Below are positions 28,915-42,013 of a stretch of DNA of 64,000 nucleotides, in pieces. Made by a program: the position numbers and the translations under genes. Each line of letters begins with the position of its first letter. The first letter of the stretch is position 1. Source of the stretch: Phaeosaccion multiseriatum (Eukaryota > Protista > Ochrophyta, other classes); assembly GCA_965112735.1 (NCBI GenBank), contig OZ218955.1, positions 2,790,001 to 2,854,000 on the forward strand. Direction: 5' to 3'. Under the pieces are notes generated by a model. The model did no database searches, was not told where the DNA came from, and worked only from the letters and a program-made list of their open reading frames with translations.

Positions 28915-31900
28915 ATGAGGCGTTTGGGGTTGGGGAGGAGGAGTTCAGGGGGGGATACACCCAAAACTGGAACAGGAGGCATAGGGCGGAAGGAGGGCCT
29001 AGAAGTACGACCACCAGAGACACCACGAACAATGCGGGCAAAGTCCAAGAGCTTCAGCCTGGGTAGCAGCATCCACAAAGGTTTCGCCAACCTCAGCAGG
29101 CCCAGCACGCCCCGTGCCCCCCCCCCTGTGCAAAACTGGTGGGAGAGCCTCAGCCGACGCGGAGCTCGGATGGGGAGGAAGGAGGCCTTGGCGGAGGGAG
29201 AGGCCTGCAGGGCGGACGAAAGCGTCGTTACTGCCGCCCAGGTGGAGATAGGTGAGGTGAAGCCCTAACCCGGACCCTAACCCTGACCCTTGCCCCATAC
29301 ACGGACACCCCGAACCCCTACACCCTCATCCTGACACGATTTCTGCCGGGACATGGGTGGGCATCCTTCTAATGAAGTGTACTGTTTGTTACCCATTTCA
29401 ACTTATTCATCCCGTGGCCTTGGAATGGCACTGTGTCTCTCTCTCCCTCCCACCCACCCCCCCTCGGTGCTCCTGTGCTGTACACTCCTCGTCTGCTACA
29501 GTGACTCAATCTTGGCGCCGTCTGAGTACCTGCGGTACCTCCGCCTACCGTGTAGGGAAGACTTCCGGGACCATCGCACCGCGCCAACAAGAGGAGGAGG
29601 CCCTTGCCCTAAGTAAGAACGCCTCAGAAACGAACAACGCGAAGGACACGGAAGAGCGGGGAGGGTTGGACAGGGACCCTGGGATGGCGGAGAGAGGACG
29701 AGAAGCGGGGACAGTCTCAGGCTTTGGGTCCGTAGCTACGGGCGGCTCAGGCTCCTCAGAGGCCTTGAATGGTAGCAGCAGCAGGAGGAGGGGCAGGAGG
29801 AAAAGCAGAAGTAGGAGGAGCAGCAGCAGCAGTACCAGCAGCAGCAGCAGCGCCGGCAGGAGCAGCCGAGCAGCAGCAGCAGCAGTCGCTTTGGCCAAGT
29901 CCAAACAGAGAGCACCGCCACCGGAGATCACAGGTAGGAGAGAGAAGCACAAGAACCGCCCCACACAGACACAGACTGCTACACACAAACCCCCTCTAGA
30001 CGCGTTGGGGGGTAGAGGGGGGGAGGGAAGGGAGGGAGGGGAGGGGGGAGGGCACCTTGGCTTGACTTGGTCACTTGCTTGAGGGTGTGGTGATCCTGCT
30101 CCTGTCGGTGGTGTGCAAGTGCGCATAAGTGGACCCAAGCGGACACAAAGTGGACACAAAGTGGACACTAGTGGATTCACAATTGCTATGGGTTGCGAAG
30201 TTTGTGCAGGGCATGTAACCGTCGGAGAGGATGGGGATTGGTGGATGGGCGTGTAGAGTGGAGTGGCACGGAGCGAGACCGCATAGAGCAAGCGTAGAGC
30301 AAGGGCGCCCTTTGAGTTGGAGTGGGAGTCGGAGGGGGCGTACGAGTGTGAGTGTGCGTTTCAGTGTGCGATTGCGGTGGCCTTGCCAACGCAACTTCTT
30401 TTGGGCCTCTCTCTCTCTCCTTTTTCTTGTTCTTTTTTTTTTAACTTGAAACTCTCTCTCCCTCTGTCCCCCCTCTCTCCATGTCCTTCTTTTTTGTTGA
30501 CTTCACACCTCTCTCCACCGCCATCTCGTCACACCCGCCATCGCGCAGTCAACTCCAACCCCATCCCCAGGCCCCCCCCCGGGTTTGTCAGCAAGCGCCT
30601 CCCGAGTCACTCTCCGATGGCAATCGATGACGACAGCAGCAGTGAGGAGGAGGAGGAGGAGGAGGAGGAGGAGGAGGATGGCGACGGCGCAGGTCCTGAC
30701 AGCACCACCAACAGCAGCACCAGCGACAAGGCGCCCCTTGCCACCCCAAAGGGCAGGGGTGACAAGATTGGCGCTGGCGACTACGCAGATTCCGACAGCT
30801 GCACGCCGCCCATGTCTCCGCCCCTGCCACCACTGCCGCCCCCGACGGGCAAGACACCCTTGGTGAGACCAATCAGGAGATGGCGTCTCACCTCCTTCCT
30901 TTTTTAAATGAACCTTCCTCCTAAGACCTTTGCTTTCTCCCTCCAGCCATTGTGCGTTGTACGGGCCTGGCCTTCAGAGTCTTCTTCTCCCCCCCCCCCC
31001 CCCCATCTCTGCTCTCTCTTCTCTCTCTCTCTGTCGTACTCTCTCTCCCTCTCTGAATCTCTCTGTCGGTGCCCTGCTCTCTCTTTTATCTTTATTTCAT
31101 ACGCTGTGTCCCCCTCTGACTCTCCCTCTCTTTCCCTCCCTCCATTCCCCACCTAAAGGCTTGGTTCTACGAAGTGTTCTTCGCGTACCTGATCCAGCAA
31201 GAGTGGTGGGCTGAAACGGTGAAGGAGAGGCTCAGTCTCAAACAGAAATCCAAATTCCTCGGCCTGCTCGTCGGAAACCTCCTGCGGGTGGAGGTCGTCG
31301 AGCCAAAGGAGGAGGGGGTACTCACAGATGGTGGCGTAGAGTCAAAGGAGGCAGAGGAGGCCGGACAAGAGACGAAGCATGTCCCCATTCCACCTTCATC
31401 CCAACTGTCCCGTGCCTCGGATTCGACGTCATCGCCTTCTCCTGGAGCTGCACCTGTTGGTAGTACGGCTGCTACTGCCGCTGCCAAGAAGACGGCCAAG
31501 GTGGTGTCTCGTGAACTTCAACTTGAAGCTGCGGAGTTCAACTTTTCACTGGGCCTCATGCCGAAGCACTGTGCCGGAGTCAGCAAGGCCATCATGGTGG
31601 GTGGGGTGGGGGTGGGGCCCGATTTTTGTTTGGATCTCCCTCTTACACGTGTTCTTTACTCTCTGTCTGTGTGTATGTCTCCCTCTCTTTCTGTGTGTGT
31701 GCTTCTTTGTTCGATCTCTCTGTGTGTGTGCGTGTGTGTATGTGTAATGCGTGTATGTACACGTTTTTGTGACGTCATAACATTGTGCCACCACAGCTCT
31801 CAGCGCAGTACTGCGTTGGCCCCGAGGAATGGACTCCCGAGGTGTCCCAGGGGTGGAAGGTGGTGACGGAGACTTACGCAACACGGATGGAGCCGCTCGC

Positions 31901-33166
31901 AGAGTTCGTGGTCAGGGAGGTGAGGGAGAGAGGGAGAGCGGAGAGGAGGAGGGGGGGGGGGAGGGAGAGACGGGGAGGTGAGGCAGAGGGAGAGGTGAGA
32001 GGAGGAGGGGGGGGAGAGAGAAAGCGGGGGGGAGAGCAGAGGGCGGAGAGTGAGTGTGAGAGAGAGCGAGATAGAGAGAGAGGGGGGGGGGGGGGGAGAG
32101 CTGAGGATGGAGGGGGGAGGGGGAGAACAGAGGGGAGAGAAAGAGAGAGAAGGAGAAGCTTTCCATCCCTTTCATCCCCCTCCATCCCCCCTCTCCATTC
32201 CATTCCCATCTCACTCTCCTCCCCCCCTTCCCTTCCATCGCAGGCGGAGGAGAAGGTTAGAGTGGACAGCGGCGTGCGGCGGGCGTCGGCACCGGCGCCT
32301 GCGATTCGCACATTATCATCCGAGAGCCACTTCGAACAAGGAGAGGGAGGAGGAGGGGCAACAGGAGGAGCAGGAGGAGGAGGAACGGAAGGAGACAGGA
32401 GCCTGACTATTAGCACGGAGTCGACCCAGGGGGGTGCTGCAGGTGCCTCCTCCAATACGTCGTCTTCCAAGAGCAGTCAAGGGGGCAAGAGCGACAAAAG
32501 CGGATGGCTGCAGCTGGCACAGATGAGCCGGTCGTCCCGCAGGACCACCTCTGCAGTGGTGGGAGAAGAGCAGCAGGGAGACAATGTGTCGCAAACGGGG
32601 TCGACCAAGGGGGCTACGCTGAAGAGCCCGGAGGAGCTCATGGAGTGGTTGAATATGGGCGAGACGCGCGTGAAGGCCTACCGGTGAGTCATTCAGTCAT
32701 TCAGTCATTCAGTCAGTCAGTCAGTCAGTCAGTCATTCAGTCATTCAGTCATTCAGTCATTCAGTCATTCAGTCAGTCTGACAGTCAGCCAGTCAGTCAC
32801 CCTTCCGCCGTTCCCTGCCCTTCTCCTTGGTCTTCGATTGTTTTTTTTTGGTCTCTGTCTTAACTCTCTTACTTACGTACGCGTCTTGTCGTTTCGTTTC
32901 TACACACACCACTCTCGCTGTCGTCCATATGCTGCCATCCATTCATCCATCCACACAGTGTCTTGACCGGTGGTGGGCTGGACGAATCCGCCACCGCCGG
33001 AGAGCGTCGCCAATTGGGAGGCAAAGCGCAAGATTGGAGGGTGCAGCCAATGCGTTTCGGTCCGTTTTCCACCAAAGCGAGCAAGGAAGTGTGGAAGCAG
33101 CGGCAGCAGCAGCGCCGCAGAGGACCACCGGACCTTCCCACCCCGGGGGGGCGGATGTTTGGTTGA
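28915..33166 (+). CDS. Globin-fold protein with long low-complexity inserts, proximal His absent (7 exons)
   Basis: Frame-consistent GT-AG exons 28915-29251, 29502-29933, 30549-30862, 31159-31596, 31797-31919, 32244-32683, 32959-33166. Globin-like helices: A VTAAQVEIVTQSWRRL, B AWFYEVFFAYL, G/H GLMPKHCAGVSKAIMLSAQYCVGPEEWTPEVSQGWKVVTETYATRM. Confidence 0.7.
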
Positions 33167-33226
33167 AGGGTGGAGTGGGGGGATGGCAGCAGAGGGGGTG
33201 ATGTGCCATTTGGACGATGAAAGCTG

Positions 33227-33271
<45 letters not shown>

Positions 33272-34213
33272 GTATTTCAAGCAGAACTGTGGCAATACAC
33301 AGACCAAAGAGAGAGCGCTGAGCACACGAACAAGTCAAGCTGTGTCAACACACGCTCACCAGCTGAGAGCGGACAGAGAGAGAGGGAGAGGGGAGAGAAT
33401 GAGGTAGGAGAGAATGAGAGAGGAGAGAGAGAGGGGAGAGAGAAGCTAGAGCGAGAGAAGCGAAAGCGAGATGTAGAGGTTTCCCCAAACCCGAAAACGT
33501 ATTTTCATTACCGTGACCGTCCAGGGAGGGTCAGGCAGCACACACTTGGGCATACAGAACATTTCCAGCATGTATAACGCGGAAAACAAGACAACAAAGA
33601 CAGCGAGAGCGTGACGTGTAGTGTAAGTACGTACGTACTATCTAGTAGCAGGGAAGGAGATCGTCCAGAAGTACGTCGTATCATTTAGGAGGAAGAAAGA
33701 AGAAAAAACGGAAGTAGTAGTACCATCTTGTAGCAGGAAGAAGAAGAAAAGACCTTCTGATAGGAACAAGTAATTAGTACTATTGTATAGTACTATCTCT
33801 ATATGTGGACATTGTTTCATTCATCAATCGCGGCGTTCTTGCTTTGGGACTTCGGCCACTTCAGAGAGAGGGAGAGGGATAAATCGGAAGAGAAAAAGAC
33901 AGAGAGTGCGTGACGAAAAACCGGTCGCATGTGTTTTTCTTTCGTTCTGTTTTTATCCCGCAACTGCTTGTTTCTTTCTTTCATTAAACGGGTGTTACTA
34001 CTGAGATCCGAAGGCGAGCAAGACACACCACCTGAGTTTACCCATATACCTGGGTGTACGCATACACAGCGTAAATTGAAACTGTTGCGTGCTGAGAGTG
34101 GTAGTTGAGCTCGGCAGCAGAGCGCCAAGGGCCCATCCTCCACCCCCCTCCCTCCTTCCTTCTCTCCCCTCTCCCTCTCCGCTCCGATGTATAACCCCCG
34201 TGACACCGTTGTC

Positions 34214-34249
<36 letters not shown>

Positions 34250-34581
34250 GTATCATGAACTGCTGCTGTTGCTGCAGCTGGCCTCCCTCATCCCTCCTTC
34301 CCATCCCTTCGGCACCTCTCGCGTGTCAAAGTGCACAGGGGCAAGGAAGGATCCACGCGCCTTTGAAATCTCTCTCTCTCTCTGGGAGGAAGGTAGGAAA
34401 GAAGGAGAGCGACTGATGGGCCTCCCCGCATCCGCAGATGACAAACAGGGTGGGCCTTCGTCCCTTCCCTGTACAGGCCTCCTGCCCATACGCCTTCCAC
34501 TGACCCATATGCCTGCCCTCAAGAGCCCCACTGGGCGGTGCGAGGCTTTGTAATACTGTGCTATATCACCAACTGCTGTGC

Positions 34582-36382
34582 TCAGCTGTCGCGCTTGTCC
34601 TTGGTCCTGTTCGTGACGAACTGCACGCCCTGGGCCTCTGGGTACTCACGCATCACATGCATTCTGATGAAGGACTGGCACAACAGGCAAGAGCAGAGAG
34701 AGGGGGGGGGAGGGGAGAAAGAGGGGAGGAAGTGAGGGGGGAGAAGGAGGAGGGAGAGGGAGAGGGAGAGAGGGGGGGGGGGGGAGAAAGAGGGAAGTTC
34801 AGTCTCCGTACAAAAGAACAGGATGAAAACAAACACGAAGGAGGGGGGCGAGAGGTGCGAGTGCCCGTCCGGGGCAAGGAGATGCAAGCTGGAAGCATAT
34901 GGGGGGAGTCGGGCGTCAGTGCACTGAGTGCTTAGTGAGGAGTGCTCCTCCCCACCCCAGCCCCCCCCCCCTACACACACACGCACCCTCACCCCACCTA
35001 CCTCACCCTGCCACCACCACCACCCGAACCACCATCACAGCCGCCATTCACTTCCTTCCTCCCTCCCTCCCTCCCTCCCTCCCTCCCTCCCTCCCTCCCT
35101 CCCTCCCTCCCTTCCGCTCTCCCTTCCTCACCTCGGCACCAAGCTTGTAGCAGATCTGCGCGTCATATCGGAAGGTGAAAACGTCGTTGGTGGTGTCCAC
35201 GAGGATGGCGGCTCCCCCGCACATCTTGATGGACTCTTTAATCTTGTCCCGCGCCTGTTTTATGTTGTTTCGTTTTCGGGGAAGGAGAGCACAGAAGTGC
35301 ACACACACAGACACACACGCACCCACACACACACACGCACCCACACACACATACACACCCACGCACCCACCCACATACACACACACGCGCGCGCGTAACG
35401 TACCACAGAGGGAGACACAAGAGGGTACACAAACGCACACACACAGACACACACACACACACGCACACACACACGCACACATCACACACACATGCACACG
35501 CGTTGTTTTAAGCGTACGAGCGAGAGTGCGAGCAAAGCGCACCGTATCGAACCCCCCACTCCGCCCCCCCCCCCCCCCTCCATTTTCTGTAACGCAAGCT
35601 GCTCTCTCTTCTCCCCGTCCGCGGCCCCAACCCACCCCCCACCCCTCGCTACCACCACGCTTACGTACCACAGGGTCGACCACGCCGACGAGATCTTCGT
35701 CCACGGGGTGGAAGTGGTGAACCAACGGAGTGCCGTCCTCCTCCAGCTCGACCTCCTCCCCCCCCTTGGAGCCCGTGTGCGGTCGCTCCCCCCGCTCCTT
35801 GCGCTTCATTCGAAGGGCCTTGAGGGCCGATCGGTATTCATCCACTTCCTCTCGAGTGTGGTACTCGAGAGTGGGGTCCCTAGGCGTCTCTATGATCCAC
35901 TCATCCTCTGGCAGCCGCTCGAACTCCCTGGCCTCTGGCACATACATGAACTCTTTTTGCTCGCCTTGCTCTTGTTCTTCTGCTTGCTCTTCAGCATCCC
36001 CCTCCTGCGGCAGTTGCCAGAGCGTAGCCCAGTCAATCTCATCCTCCTCTTCCTCCTCCTCCTGCTCCATCTCCTCCTCCTCCTCTCCCTCCTCCTCCTC
36101 CTCCTCCTCCTCCTCCACGTCTACCCACTCAAATTCCCCTTCATCCTCGTCTGGTCCCATTAGCACCTCCACATCACCTTCATCCCGCAGTGAAAGGCCC
36201 ATCACATGCACTCGCCTCGCCTGCTGCGGCGGCGAAGGAGAGATGTGCCGCTGTTGATGCATCATCTGCCTACTCACTGCGGCTGGTGGTGCAAACATGA
36301 ACCCATTTACTCCGTCCTTGTCGCTGCCACACACGCAGCAGAGCACCAGTAGAGGAGCCCCTCCCCCCAGCACTCCCAGCAT
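34582..36382 (-). CDS. Probable plastid-targeted acidic protein with a C-terminal degenerate NifU-C-like domain (exons 36382-35669, 35254-35132, 34674-34582)
   Basis: Hydrophobic leader ending VNG|FMFAP, Glu-rich middle, and tail ARDKIKESIKMCGGAAILVD...FTFRY...HVMREYPEAQGVQFV. Phase-0 splices are consistent. Confidence 0.6.
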
Positions 36383-36653
36383 GATCCCACACGTGCACTT
36401 GGCGCTTGCTGGTGTCTTTGGGTGTGGGGCGTCCCTCCGTCCGGCTGACCGGATTATGTCAACGAATAATTGAGTTTCGTTTTCATGGCCCGTTTCCCGC
36501 CGACACGATACCGACAAACCGAACAGCGCCGAAAGGCGTTAGACGCCATGGGCATGGGCAGTGTGGCAATAACTCTGGGGGGGGGGAAGGGGGGAATACC
36601 TGCCCGGCCAAGACGAGGAGGACGCTCGCGCTATTGGTAGCACGAAGAGAGGG

Positions 36654-38620
36654 ATGATGGACTCCGCTCTCCAGGAGGAGCAAAATACCGCGGTGATGCT
36701 TGTCTTTGTCTCGTGTGGTTACGAGAGTACAGACCCAATTTTTGAGGAGCCCTTCCAATCGCGCGATGAGCTGAACGTCGATGACACGGGCTCAGTCACC
36801 ATTCTGGCCCCTTGGTGCAAGCCCAAGTCAAAAGGTCAAGCTCCATCCATGGGAAGAAGAATCTTTCGATCTGTCATGGTTTTCTCCTTGGGAAGGCAGG
36901 GGGGGCGTGGTCTGCCATTTCACTTGTTACCCTTTTCGTCCCTCCCTATCTCCCTTCGTCCTCACCGCCGGCCTGCTTGCCATCCCAGGCGGGAGGGGAC
37001 CCATCCCTGTGGAGATCGCTCATGTCCCGAACCTCAGAGAGCTCACTCTCAGCAACCACGGCCTCCGCGGTGAGTCAGAGTCAGTGTAAGTCAGCAGTGG
37101 TACATCCGTCTGGTGGTGGTGGTGCTGCTGCTTTCACCGGCACTCAAACGCCTCTAGAGAAGAGACGCTTTCAACCTCCGCCTCTCCTCGGCTTACCCCC
37201 AACCCTTCAAACCCATTTGCTTACCACGTTACCACCAGGGGTGCTTCCCCGCGAGCTTGGGCGGCTTGTCAAGCTCAAAGTCTTGCATCTTCAGAGCAAC
37301 ACGCTGTCGGGTGAGTGAAGAGGGTGGTCTGTCTCTCTCTCTCCCTCTCTCTTTCCCCCATGTCTCTCTCCCCTCTCTCTCCCTCTCTCTTTCTTTCCCC
37401 CATGTCTCTCTCCCCTCTCTCTCTCTCCCTCCTTCTACCTTCCCCATCTCTCGGGAATGAGGGAGTCAAGAGGGCGGGTACCTCTGTATTGCCCGTATGC
37501 TCTCCGATGGGATGGGGGCCAACAAAACCCCCCCAAAAAAAAGTCCTCCATCCCTTCCCTTCCCGTTCCTCCCCCTCACCCTCTCCGCCCCGCCCCCCGC
37601 CCCTTTCCCTGCACAGGGCCCATTCCCGTTGAGCTCGGAAACCTCCCTAAGCTCACAGAGCTCTATCTCAACGACAACAACCTCTCAGGTAAAGGACAAA
37701 AGGGCTCAAAGGGGTGTGTCACGGTCTGGTCCGGTCCTGGCGTGCCCATACACTGTACAAGACAACAAAACGACACCACAACAACACAACGACAACACAG
37801 CAACACAGCGAAACAACACAACCACAACCACAGCATCCCCTTTACATATGTCACTTGTGTGAGGCATCGCTGCCCGCTGTGCTGTGCGCGGCTCCAGAGG
37901 GAGTGGGGCCATTGACCAAAGGGCTCGCGTCGCCCACAGATGGCAGCGTATGGCAGCGTATGGCAGCGTGTTTTTGGCGGGATGCTTGCTCTACTCTTGT
38001 TGGCGCAGTCGCATTGTCCCTACGCAGCCCTTCTTTGTGAGAGTAACCTCCTCCCCCTCTCTCTGTTCCTCTCCTTCCCTCCCTCCCTCCCTCCCTCCCT
38101 CCCTCCCTCCCTCCCTCCCTCCCTCCCTCCCTCCCTCCCTCCCTCCCTCCCTCCCTCCCTCCATCTCCCTCTCTCTCTACCGCCCTTCCTCCCTCCCTCT
38201 GTCCCCGTTTCTCTCCCTCGCTCCCACGCACCCCCCTCCCTCTGTCTCACACACGCACACACACACTCATACACTCACACATAAACTCCCTCGCGCTGTC
38301 CTCTCTCCCTCCGTCCAGGGCCCATCCCCGAGGAGGTTGGGCGCTTGAGCAGGTTGACGCACCTCAGCCTCGGCAAAAACAAGCTATCAGGTAATATTAT
38401 ATTACGTAATATTGAATGAGTGAGAGGAGGGAGGAGGCACTGCCCCTCCTTCTTTCTCTCTCTCTCACACACTCTCTCTCATCTCTCTCTCACACACTCT
38501 CTCTCATCTCTCTCTCTCACACACTCTCTCTCACACACTCTCTCTCATCTCTCTCTCTCTCACACACTCTCTCTCATCTCTCTCTCTCTCTCATCTCTCT
38601 CACACACACTCTCTCATCTC

Positions 38621-38653
<33 letters not shown>

Positions 38654-38984
38654 TCTTCTCTTGCATTGCCTTACTTTGGCTTCGAAGAGAGTTCGGGGGG
38701 GGGGGGGGGTGGGTGGGTGGGGGGCCTGCACCCTCCATTCCTTGCCCGCTTGCCCTGTCCCTACTTTAACGCCCCTCCTCTTCACCATGACTTGCTCATC
38801 CTCACTGACTTAAGCATAATCACTGACTTACTCATACTCACTCCGCCCCGACTCCCCTCGCCCCTACCCCACCCCGCTGCTGTGTGACCCTCTGCCTTAC
38901 ATCTCCCGGTGTGGCCGCATGCCCCACACCACACCACACCACACCACACTCCTCCTCCTCCTCCTCCTCCTCCTCCTCCTCCTC

Positions 38985-39018
<34 letters not shown>

Positions 39019-41807
39019 TAGGGGAGATACCCAGCTCCGTGGGACGTCTGATCAAATTGATGCACTTGAGTCTCGACAATAACAAGCTGACCGGTCAGTG
39101 AATGAGTGAATGATTGAGTGAGTGAATGATTGAGTGAGTGAGTGAGTGAATGAGTGAATGATTGAGTGAGTGAGTGTGTGAGTGAGTGAGTGAGTGAGTG
39201 AGTGTGTGAGTGAGTGAGTGAGTGTGTGAGTGGGTGACGGTGTAAGTGAATCATTACGTGAGTGAGTGAGTGAGTGAATGAGTGAGTGAATGATTGATTG
39301 AGTGAGTGAGTGAGTGAGTGAGTGAGTGAGTGAGTGAGTGGGTGAGTGTGTGACGGTGTAAGTGAATCATTACGTGAGTGAGTGAGTGAGTGAGTGAGTG
39401 AGTGAATGAGTGAATGAGTGAGTGAATGATTGATTGAGTGAGTGAGTGAGTGAGTGAGTGAGTGAGTGAGTGAGTGAGTGAGTGAGTGAGTGAGTGAGTA
39501 GTGAGTAAGTGAGTGAGTGAGTGAATCGGCGAGTAAGTTAAATTATAGAGCACACGGGCTCGGTATTGAGTGAGTGATTCAGTGGATGCGTACTGTAAAC
39601 ACGCATCCATTTTCGCTTCATTGCCTCTTGCTCCTTACTTCACAGGGGAAATCCCTCAGGAACTGGGCAGGCTTATGTCATTGAAAGAGCTGTTCCTGGA
39701 GAACAACGGCCTCACCGGTACGTAGTTAGTAGGAAGGAGTAAGAAGGGCTGGGAGGGGAGGAGGTTTGTAGTAAGTCAATGGGTCAGGGGGGAGGTGTGG
39801 TGTCTGCCAAACAGGCCGCCCCAAGTCTTCTCTCTGCCTGCCCGAGGGTGACGTGGTGGCCGGCGCTTCAACTTGTCCTGTCCTGTCCTCTCCGTCTGCG
39901 CCGCTTCATCGCCTCCCCGTCCCCCTCCTCTCCTTTCTCTTTTTCTCTCTCCTCCTCCTCTCCCCTCTCCGTCTGCGCCGCTTCATCGCCTCCCCGTTCC
40001 CCTCCTCTCTCCTCTCCAGGATCCTTTCCGTCTGCCCTGAGGGACCTCCCCCTTCTGCAGGAGCGATGTTCCCTCCCTCAACTCGAGCGCGTCGGCCTCA
40101 GCGGTAACGCCTCTCCGGTGAGCTCTCAATTGAGTTTCAGTTTCGGTGTATTGGCCTCAATGAATATCCTTCCCTCCTTTGTCTCTCATCCTCCGTCTCT
40201 CCCCCGCTCTCCCTCCCTCCCTCCCTTCCTCCCCCCCCCCCCTCTCACTGCCTCTCCCTCTCCCTTCCCCCTCCCTCTCGTCCCTCTCCCTCTCTTCCCT
40301 CCCTCCCTCCCTCTTCTCCGTCCCTCCCTCCCTCCCTTTCCCTCCCTCTCTCCCCTCAGAACCCATCCCTTCGGAGCTGCAAGTACTCGCTGTTGTTGTG
40401 GAGCCGCCCCCAGTCCTCCCCTCGGGTAAGTGGGCCGAGGCGTTGGATGGAAGCACATGAGCCATGTATTAACCATGAGTATGAACCATAAGGGGCAAGC
40501 AAATCGAAGCATGGGGGGGCAGCAGGGGCAGCAGGGGCAGCAGGGGCAGCAGCAGCTCGCGGTTCCCTTCCGTTCCCTTTCCTTCTCTTGCCTTCCTCTC
40601 CCCTTCCCAAGTGCGACCTCTGGTAACTGAGTGCACCGCCTCCACTGCTATTGCTCCTCACGTCTCACGACTTACGACTGGCTGGTCATCTGTACTTGCA
40701 CAGGCATAAAGGGCTCTTCTTGGCCGCCTCTTTCGTCCTCCTCCTCGTCGTCGTCATCTGATGCGGATGGTGCTGATGTTGGTACTACGGTACAGGCCTC
40801 CTTGTCCGCCAACAAGAGTGATGATGGCGGTGCAGAGGGGTCCCCTGAACGAACCGCCTCCCTCGCCGCCATAGATTGGGCCACCCCCCCCAAGGGCAGC
40901 CCCCCCAAGGACAGCAAGGAAGCGACTGGCGCCTACCTGCTCGCGGCTCGGCAGTGTGGCTGGGACGACCACGTCACGATCAACGTACAGCAGGAGGAGC
41001 CGCCTCAGCAAGGGAGGGAAGCACAGCAGGGAGAGCCGCAGAGCACGTACATGTATGAGCTGTGGTTCCCTCTGGAGCTGACAAACTCAGACTACGTGCA
41101 GAGGATTATGGGCATGCTCGGAGGGGCGTTGCTGCCGGCCTATCTCGAGGCGGTGGGGGAGGAGCACGGGGCGGAGAGGATGAAGGCGTACAGCTTCAGT
41201 GGGTACACCGGAGGGGGTTGGGGCGCTTTGGCCACCGTGAAGGATGAGGAGATGGATGTCTACCTTATCATGGAGCACATTGAACAGAACATACGTGAGT
41301 GAGTGCTTTGTGTGGGTGCGTGGGTGGGTGCGTGTAGTACATCAGTGGTTGGGTGGGTTGGTGGGTGGGTGGGTAGGTGGGCATCGTAACTAAATGTCCC
41401 CTGTTTGTGATCTTCAGCCGTCTTACCAACCCCATCCACTGCCATTCACTGCCATCCCCCACCCCCGAAATGTAGACCTCTACGCCCAACCATCTATGCT
41501 TGGCCAATGTGCGGCGAGTTTAAGGTCCAAAGCGGCCTTCGTGCGAGAGGCTCGCCACCAACTGGCGCACGCACACACACACGCGCACACACACGCCCAT
41601 GCGTCTCCCGAGACGAGTATGACCCGGGCCTTTGTGACGGAAACCTTCGCCCTTGCTACCTCGCTCGTGGCCGCCGCTCGGCTCCCAGGGGGGGCATTGA
41701 AGCAGAACCTTTTGCGGCTCAAGAAGCAGTACAAAGACCACCAGGCGTGGCGGGAGCAGCGGGGACAGCCCAGGCCCAAGCGAGCCTCATTTGAAATTGC
41801 TTTTTAA
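36654..41807 (+). CDS. Leucine-rich repeat protein (GxIPxELGxLxxLxxLxLxxNxLS type), one LRR per exon, with an unidentified C-terminal domain
   Basis: Phase-1 exons 36654-36834 and 36989-37069; 72-bp exons 37239-37310, 37617-37688, 38319-38390, 39022-39093 and 39646-39717; then 40020-40103/40117, 40360-40425, 40704-41294 and 41476-41807. Confidence 0.85.
39097..39525. repeat. (GAGT)n/(GAAT)n tetranucleotide array with a duplicated ~115 bp unit, intronic
   Basis: Visible directly; gtgacggtgtaagtgaatcattac occurs twice. Confidence 0.85.
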
Positions 41808-42013
41808 TTTTAATGTTAAAAAAAAATAATTCCATAATTAATTACATTATTTACCACAGCCTCTGTCACCACCCCACAAGGCTGCACCCACCCTTACGCT
41901 ACCCCTTCCGCTCCTCTCCACCGCTCATACTCCCCTCCTGCCCGCTCCCCCGCGCCTGCCCGCCCTCCCTCCAACCCACGCTATCTCTCATGGTGCCCCC
42001 CTGTGTGTTTCAT

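Noticed and set aside
35048-36517. 489-aa ORF as listed
   Set aside because: It includes (GT)n and (GGGA)n intron sequence; the three-exon model fits better.
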